Source: Octopus vulgaris (taxonomy: Eukaryota). From it: a DNA stretch of 64,000 nucleotides. A program made the position numbers and the translations under genes. This document shows positions 55,514 to 64,000 of the stretch, piece by piece. The DNA lies in the NCBI GenBank assembly GCA_951406725.2, contig OX597820.1:98084001-98148000 (forward strand). Direction: 5' to 3'. Every line of letters starts with the position of its first letter. Positions within the stretch are counted from its first letter, which is position 1. The notes beneath the pieces were generated by a model. It did no database searches. It was given only the letters and a program-made list of their open reading frames with translations, and was not told the origin of the DNA.

Positions 55514-55544
55514 TATATATATATATATATATAAATCTATCTAT

Positions 55545-55620
<76 letters not shown>

Positions 55621-56575
55621 ATATACATATATATAGATTCGTGTATACGCGTCTGCAAGTGTGAGTGTTAGTCACTACAACTGCTTGGCAAACGCTGTTG
55701 GTTTGTTTACATTTGTTCGGCAAATATTCTGATCGACAAAGAATAATAAAGTACTGTAGCGATTTGCTCAAGTAAAACGATTCAAGGTGGTGCCCCAGCA
55801 TAGATGCAGTGCAATAAGTGAAACACATAAATGGTAACAGAACCATGCCCATGGAGGCAAATGCACGCGCACACACGCACACATACACACATACACACAC
55901 ACATATATACAAGCGCGCATAATTGGTGATAAATATATCAACATCTATATATGTATATATATATACTTATACATATATACATACATACAGACACATACAC
56001 ACACGCGCACACACACACACACACACACACACTATACATACATACATACATATATACATGGCTCAAACAACTAAAGCAAAATGAAAAGCCAACAAAAACG
56101 GACCTAAGCAAGTATTCTCCACATACACACTCAGAAATAATCATGCACACACAGAGACACACGCACACACAGACATACATCCACGCACGCCGCGAACGGA
56201 CGGTCACATCGGCACGCACGAGCTGACACACACACACTGACACAGTCACAAAACCCACAAATATACGAACTCGCAGACATACAGTCAAATGCAAGTGCAA
56301 CGCCCTTATACAGCAAAAAGTACGGGGAAACCGAAATATATATATATTAGCCTTTAGCAATGCCGATTGCTTTTGTTTTTCTTGCAACCAATTTTCAATG
56401 ACTCTCATTCTTGTACTATTGTTGTTGATGTAAAAAAGGCTGGGAGAAAAACAAAAATATTAAAAACAAATAATTTTAAAAAATAACAATAAAACAAATA
56501 AAACATCTAATGCAAATGCAAACAATATATATGTATATGTATAATATATATTATATATTTATATGTATATATATG

Positions 56576-56616
<41 letters not shown>

Positions 56617-56804
56617 ATATATATATATATATATATGTCTCTCTCTTTTCATATGTCTGATGTATGTATGTATATTACCACACGACCATACATACTTATA
56701 TGTGAATCGTGTGTGGCCTTTTGTATGAATTTACACGCGGGTATGGGTATATACTTATGAGTGTGTATATGTATATAGGTATATATGAGTGTGTTTTTCT
56801 TATG

Positions 56805-56835
<31 letters not shown>

Positions 56836-56855
56836 AGTGTGTTTTTCTTATGTAT

Positions 56856-56894
<39 letters not shown>

Positions 56895-56925
56895 GCGTAT
56901 TTATATGTGTATGTCTTTATTCTTT

Positions 56926-57125
56926 TATTCTTTTATTCTTTTATTTGTTTCAGTTCTAGACCTCGGCCATGTTGGAGCACCACCTTTAGTCGAATAAATT
57001 GACCCCAATACTTATTCTTTGTAAGCCTAGTACTTATCCTATCGGTCTTTTGCTGAAGCGCTAAGTTACGGGGACGAAAACACACCAACATCGGTTGTCA
57101 AAGAATGGTGGGGGGACAGACACAA
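56926..57125 (-). mobile_element. SINE family A, 3' half
   Basis: Reverse complement of the 3' domain and (TAAAAGAA)n tail. Confidence 0.7.
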
Positions 57126-57240
57126 ACATAGACACACACACACAGAAACACACATATCTATACACACACACATATCTATACACACACACATACACATACA
57201 CACACACACATACACATACACACACACACACATATATATA

Positions 57241-57853
57241 TAATCATATCAAAGGGAACTGGAAATTAATTAAAATTTTCATTTCCAGTGGCCTAACGTG
57301 TAAAAATTTAGTCCCAAAAGACTATGTATTAATCATAAGATACAGTGTACATTTAAACACATAAGGAATCCACTCATGGGATTCAACACGCTAGAAAGAA
57401 CAGCTAGGTTCTATAACCACAAAAATTAGGGATAAAATTCGACAGGAACGAAATGAAAAAATAAAAACATTTTACCATCAGGTTTCCTGGACCAATTGGT
57501 TTCTGATTTTAGTTTTGCAAGAACATAGCATTTACTCGCGAGGTGAAATCGTCTTCAACAGGTACACTTTGGGTTAAATATATAAACACGAGGCGATCAA
57601 ACTATGTGCCTCTTGTTTATACATCCTAATTTTTTCAAAATCTACTGCGCAGACGCAGCCCTTCGCCAGCAATAAAAAATGCCAACTTTTAAAAACCGAA
57701 AATTATCCAAGACTTACAATACTTAATCATATCAAAGGGAAATGGAAATTAATTAAAACTTTCATTTCCAGTGGCCTAACGTGTAAAAATTTAGTCCAAA
57801 GACTATGTATTAGTCATAACATATAGTGTACATTTAAACACAAGGAATCCACT
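57241..57853 (-). repeat. Partial tandem (~130-bp direct repeats, period ~483 bp) enclosing a hammerhead
   Basis: TAATCATATCAAAGGGAA...AAGGAATCCACT at 57241-57374 and 57724-57853. Confidence 0.8.
57486..57562 (-). ncRNA. Type I hammerhead ribozyme candidate
   Basis: CCUG-UUGAAGA-C-GAUUU...AAAUC-A-GAAA-CCAAUUGG-UC-CAGG; C3 is replaced by U, palindromic stem III, GUC site. Confidence 0.6.
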
Positions 57854-57870
57854 TGTGGCTATACATGTAC

Positions 57871-57901
<31 letters not shown>

Positions 57902-58060
57902 TGTATGTATGTATGTATGTATGTATGTATGTATGTATGTATGTATGTATGTATGTATGTATGTATGTATGTATGGCGAGGGCTATTATGCCTCTTTATT
58001 AGACTATTTTCTTAGTCATTGCACGATGATCGATATAAGCTTTAAGCTTATACAAAAATA

Positions 58061-58131
<71 letters not shown>

Positions 58132-58610
58132 GTATTTTTGTATCTTTTACATATGTATAAATATACATAATCCAAATAATAAGAAAAGAAATACTTTAAT
58201 ACATCTTTAGTGATCAGTTACAATTGTTTCTGTACCAATTCTGCTTTCAACGTCATTTTATGTAAAAGTTCGAAGTGATCTGCCTCAGACTTGCATCAAA
58301 TGTGCGCTCTTGAATTGTGCCATATGTAAATATTTTTTTCTTTCCTACTAAGAATTCAGAACGACCTCGAACTCACAAGAGTAAACAAGAGAGACAGAGA
58401 CAGGCAGAAACAAGGAAAATGCCTCTTGTATTTGAATGCTATGCAAATATTCTTTTAAAATTTTTCTTTTAACTTTTCCAAAATGTAATTGTTTTCCATA
58501 CTTACAGTTGAAAAAGTCTGAATGACTGAAACCGGTGCTGAAATAGTTTTTATAAAATTATTTTAGCATTTTCTACCTTGACTTTTCTCCATATACATAC
58601 ATACATACAC

Positions 58611-58690
<80 letters not shown>

Positions 58691-58889
58691 ATAAAATAAG
58701 CAACAGGATATCCAGAGGTAATGCAGTACGATCGTTTCAAACGACTCCATTTAATTGAACAATGCAACCATTACATCAATTTAAATGCAGAGCAATCCTC
58801 AGCTGTATAGAACTAAATTAAATTAAAACAGATGGACACATTAGTATAATTTTATGTAAAACCTCCATAAAGATAAGGTGACAGACAAA

Positions 58890-58927
<38 letters not shown>

Positions 58928-60472
58928 CTGAAAACATCCTGGTACTTCTTTTCTACTCTCCAAAGTGAATGTTGCTTTGACCAGGAGGAATTGATGTCAT
59001 CAGACGGTATCCAAAGATCATCGGATGTTTCGATCTTGAACCTCGACACCCTAACATTCCGAGGTCAGCAAATCTGGCCAATCACAGCCCATCATCTCCC
59101 CCTGGGTTCCAGCTTAACTCCTCTCACTTCTAAGATATAATATACCTATGTATGTATGTATGTATGTATGTATGTATGTATGTATGTATGTATGTATGTA
59201 TGTATGTATGTGTGTATGTATGTATGTATGTATGTGTGTGTGTGTGAGTGTTCGATCATATTTAATGCCAGACACTATCATATGGGACGTGTATTTTCTC
59301 CAACAAAAATTCTACAACACAGGCGCACGCGCGCGCACACTACGCACGCGCACACACGTATGCAGTCTCCTCATACCTCAACTCTCGTTGTTAGTTAACA
59401 ATTCTACACTATACCATTACCTCCCTCCTTCTCAAGCCCCCGCAGTTTCTCCTTCCCCCTCCTTTCCTTTGTTAGCCTTCACCGTTTTCTTTTTATTACC
59501 ACATCTTTTATATGTTAAATCACACTCCTGGATCAAAAATATATATGTTGTGCTACCACCTGCTTCTTATAGTCCTTGGTGTTTTTGTTAAGGTGGTCAT
59601 CGTTAGCGTCCTGTAAGTTCAGCCATGATGAAAGGAAGGTTAACAACAGGGCTTTCTCTATGCCTTTGTAAATCTCGATTAGGAAACGTTCAAAACATAC
59701 ACACACACACAAAAAGATACTCACACATTCGCACACAGAAAAATACGGGACCACACAAGCACACATACACACACACAAATATACCAACGCATACGCACAA
59801 ACACACATACACACGGAAAGGTAGACACACATACACACAGAAAGATACGGGCACACACACACACACAAAGGTACGAATATGCACACACAGAAAGATATGG
59901 GTTCACACACACACAATCACACATACACATGGAAACACAGTTACACACACACAAGCAAATGCTCACACAAACACACACATTCTCTTTCATTTTCTCTTTC
60001 TCCCTCACACACATTCATACATACACACACAAATACAGACGCACTCACACGTCCTCTCTTTGTCTCTCTCTCTCTCTCTCACTTCTCTCTCACTTCTCTC
60101 TCATATTGACACATAAGCTCACACAAACGCAACACGAGAAGCATAGACACAGACGCACGCACATGCAAAGAGACACGCACACAAACCATATGAATTCAAA
60201 CACAGACACACATGCAACAACTCACGCAACCACACACACACACACACACACACTTATAAACACATACATACACCATCACGTGTGTAGTCTCGGTAACATG
60301 ATCCAATCAGACGTAAATCGTAATATGCAACCTTCGGGTAATTGAGGAATAAATAGGTGAATATGTGCAATTTTGTTTTATATATGAGTTTTTGAGATTG
60401 GCTCGAATGCGGAAGAATTAATTAATTGAGCTAAAAAAACAAAATAAAAAGAACATTAATTTCCAATTATAC

Positions 60473-60850
60473 ATGTATGTATGTATGTATGTATGTATGT
60501 ATGTATGTATGTATGTATGTATGTATGTATGTATGTATGTATGTATGCATGTATGTATGTATGTATGTATGTATGTATGTATGTATTATGTATGTATGTA
60601 TGTATGTATGTATTATGTATGTATGTATGTATGTATGTATGTATGTATGTATGTATGTATGTATGTATGTATGTATGTATGTATGTATGTATGTATGTAT
60701 GTATGTATGTATGTATGTATGTATGTATGTATGTATGCATGCATGCATGTATGTATGTATGTATGTATGTATGTATGTATGCATGCATGTATGTATGTAT
60801 GTATTATGTATGTATGTATGTATGTATGTATATATGTATGTGTGTATGTA
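60473..60850. repeat. (TATG)n microsatellite
   Basis: Direct inspection. Confidence 0.9.
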
Positions 60851-60862
60851 TGTATATACGTG

Positions 60863-61395
<533 letters not shown>

Positions 61396-61448
61396 AATAC
61401 ACACACACACACACACCCACACCCACACACACACACATATATATATAT

Positions 61449-61522
<74 letters not shown>

Positions 61523-62619
61523 AACTTTTAGAAGGAAAAGGTTGATTGTCATTTTGAAGTTTCGGTTGGCTTGCCTCATCATCAGACAGTCTGATTGTGC
61601 CTTTTTCAAAATTCCTTCTTTTTTTGTCATTGGTAAGAACAGATAATAAAACATGATACATATTTAGCAGAAAGAGAAATTACACGAAAAATTTCTTTAT
61701 CGATAAAACATGCTCGAAAATCAAATGTTTACCTTGGTTCATAACAGAGTGACATTAATTAATCTTTATCGACCCAATACTTTTTTTCTTTTTTTTTTCT
61801 TTTGTAAAGCCTGGTAAACATACCAACATCGGTTGTCAGGCGGTGTAACGAGACAGTCAGAAACACGCTCATACACACACACACGCACACGCATGCACAT
61901 ACACACATATATATATTCGACGGGCTTCTTTCAGTTTCCGAGTTTCCGTCTGCTAAATCCACTCACAAGGCTTTGGTTGCTTCAAGGCTATAGTGTGAGC
62001 CACATGATGTTTAATACACCATTTAACAGTTTTTCCTGTCAAGGAAAGACTTGTATTTAGCATGAGAAGAAATAACAGATTTATCCACATTTATATGAAA
62101 GCCACGTTGCCTGTGAACATGAAGGCTATGCCAAAACAGGAGCTAGCATCTGATATATGAAACATATTAAGCCAACTACAACTGGACCAACAAAATATAA
62201 CACAAATTTCCAAGTAGTTCGAATTCATAAGGTCTAGTCATATATACTGGAGACTCAGTTTGTTATACCCTTTCTACACAGAGCTGCAGTCTTGGATTCG
62301 AGAACTGATTTTAATGTTCTTATATGTGATCATGATCATACTTTCGCTTATTATCGTTGGAATGCAGGTGACACAGCGCCATTAATATCCTCATGTATTC
62401 TTGCAGCAGTTGAATAACAGTGGAAGCTTTAACTCGGTAATTGCTTTTGGAAAAATCAGATTTTATGTGTTTCTGGTACCAGGTATTCCAACCTGTCCCG
62501 TGGTTGGGTAATCGGCGACCAAACCAAACCAAACCAAACCACACGGAATCCTTTCCAATTTATTGATCGAGAAGAATGTAAGCGGAATCAGCAGAATTAT
62601 AATTTAATATCTATAGCCG

Positions 62620-62772
62620 TAGGTTTGTGGAAAGAATCTTCCTTCGCAACCACATAGTTCCGGGTTCAGTCCCACAGCGCGGCACATTGGGCAAGTGTCT
62701 CCTATGATAGCCTTGGGCCGACCAAAGCCCTGAGAGTGGATGTAGTAGACGGAAACTGAAATCGGCACGTCG
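62620..62772 (+). mobile_element. SINE family A, 5' half
   Basis: GGGTTCAGTCCCAC...TTGGGCAAGTGTC...GACGGAAACTGAA. Confidence 0.7.
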
Positions 62773-63289
62773 TATGCATATATATATATTGAGTCTCTTC
62801 TCGCGAAAGTATTTGTACTGAAAATCAAGATCGAGTGAGCTTTTGCCCTTTTGCTGGTCCCGTAGCTGACCAATTTCAAATTCTCTGTCTCTCCGTTCTC
62901 CGACCTTCAAGACATTTTCCAAGAGTTACCCATTATTCTCATTTCCATGGCCCCAAGGTTGTATTTTGTCCGACTGATCGTTCTCGCCCACCTTCACACT
63001 CTGTGCCGTTTTGCTTGTTTTGTTTTGTTTGCTCTTCTTCCTAATTCTCCGCAAAAAAAAACTTATTTTTACGGGCACCGCCAATTGGGAAGCTCTAAGC
63101 CTAATCTTTAAAGAAATATTACCAATTGGTCAATAACTGATGAAGAATTGAGGACCTTATATTCATCAAACTGTTTTGATCCATACGTGTAACTCCCAAT
63201 AAATTGGTTGAGCGCTCTTCTTTTGTTTGCCCTCTCACTCGTATATATGAATGTGTGTGTGTGTGTGTGTGTGTTGCCTGCGTTCAAGT

Positions 63290-63510
63290 CTGTGTTTGCC
63301 CCCCACCACCGCTTGACAAACCAGTGATGATGTGTTTATGTCCCCGTAACGTAGCGGTTCGACCAAAATGAACGATAGAATAAGTGTCTGGCTTGAAAAA
63401 AATGCGCTGGGGTCGTTTCGTTCGATTACAAATTCCTCAAGGCAGTGTCCCAGCATGGCCACAGTCTAATCATTAAAATAAGTAAAGAAGAAAAAAAGAA
63501 GTAAAAGAAT
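63290..63510 (+). mobile_element. SINE family A, 3' half
   Basis: CGCTTGACAAACC...CCCAGCATGGCCACAGTCTAATC followed by an A-rich tail. Confidence 0.7.
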
Positions 63511-64000
63511 TTATTTAATACTTAAATATTTATATTTTATCGTTATCAATGGAGTCGTAGGGTCATCGGGAAAGGATATGTTTTCATATTTCCATAGCTG
63601 CAGCGTTATTTCTGTCCTACGTATGGCATATTTCATGTATCTGGGTATCATTAGTGTGGTCGTACTCATGGCTAATTTCTTCCAGGAATTAAGGGGACAA
63701 AAATTGTTGTCAAAAGCCATTTCTCAATCAATCCATGCTATTCTTAGACCCTATTTTCTCATTCTACTATTTCTGATTATGCCTTCGTTGATCAGTAATT
63801 CATTTAGTCTTAGTTATATGAGAAACCTTTGTAGAAGCGGTGCAGCAAAAGAATGTAAAGAAATCAGTTATTGATCAACACAGGCATAATCATTTGAGAG
63901 AGGAGGGGTTAAGCATAACATGGCTTCGCTAACATAAGGCTCTTTATATTTTCTAATCTCTTAAGGCGGCGATCTGGCAGAAACGTTAGCGCGATTTATT

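Noticed and set aside
61544-61591. Minus-strand CTGATGA...CCGAAAC hammerhead-like motif
   Set aside because: Stem II is poorly paired, there is no palindromic stem III, and the cleavage position reads UG; at most a decayed relic.
63132-63182. CTGATGAAGAAT...ATTCATCAAAC hammerhead-like motif (similar partial motifs at 27322-27362, 28636-28668, 32935-32970 and 54520-54570)
   Set aside because: GAAA, UH or part of the core is missing, so these are too degenerate to call.

Overview
AT-rich, microsatellite-saturated eukaryotic non-coding DNA. The repeat repertoire looks like an octopus/coleoid cephalopod genome (inference). I found no host gene exon I can support, and almost all short ORFs in the track are translations of (TA)n, (TG)n, (TATG)n or (TAA)n runs. 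Main contents: (1) a probably full-length, near-intact CR1/L2-group LINE on the minus strand (~34543-39750), with an unusual ORF1 (Myb/SANT-like N-terminus plus CCCH zinc finger), an APE-endonuclease/RT ORF2 split by one -1 frameshift, a 16-unit modular tandem array in its 5' region, and a 3' double hairpin shared, with compensatory base changes, with the commonest tRNA-derived SINE here; (2) a dense set of type I hammerhead-ribozyme motifs with palindromic stem III, inside short non-coding Penelope/retrozyme-like repeats, including a 557-bp head-to-tail tandem with one hammerhead per unit, a fully canonical hammerhead at 19436-19521, and many foldback copies; (3) decayed Tx1-like and Dong/R4 LINE pieces, several Tc1/mariner relics and MITEs, and at least four tRNA-derived SINE families. 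All structures were paired by eye; none has been computationally folded or searched against a database.
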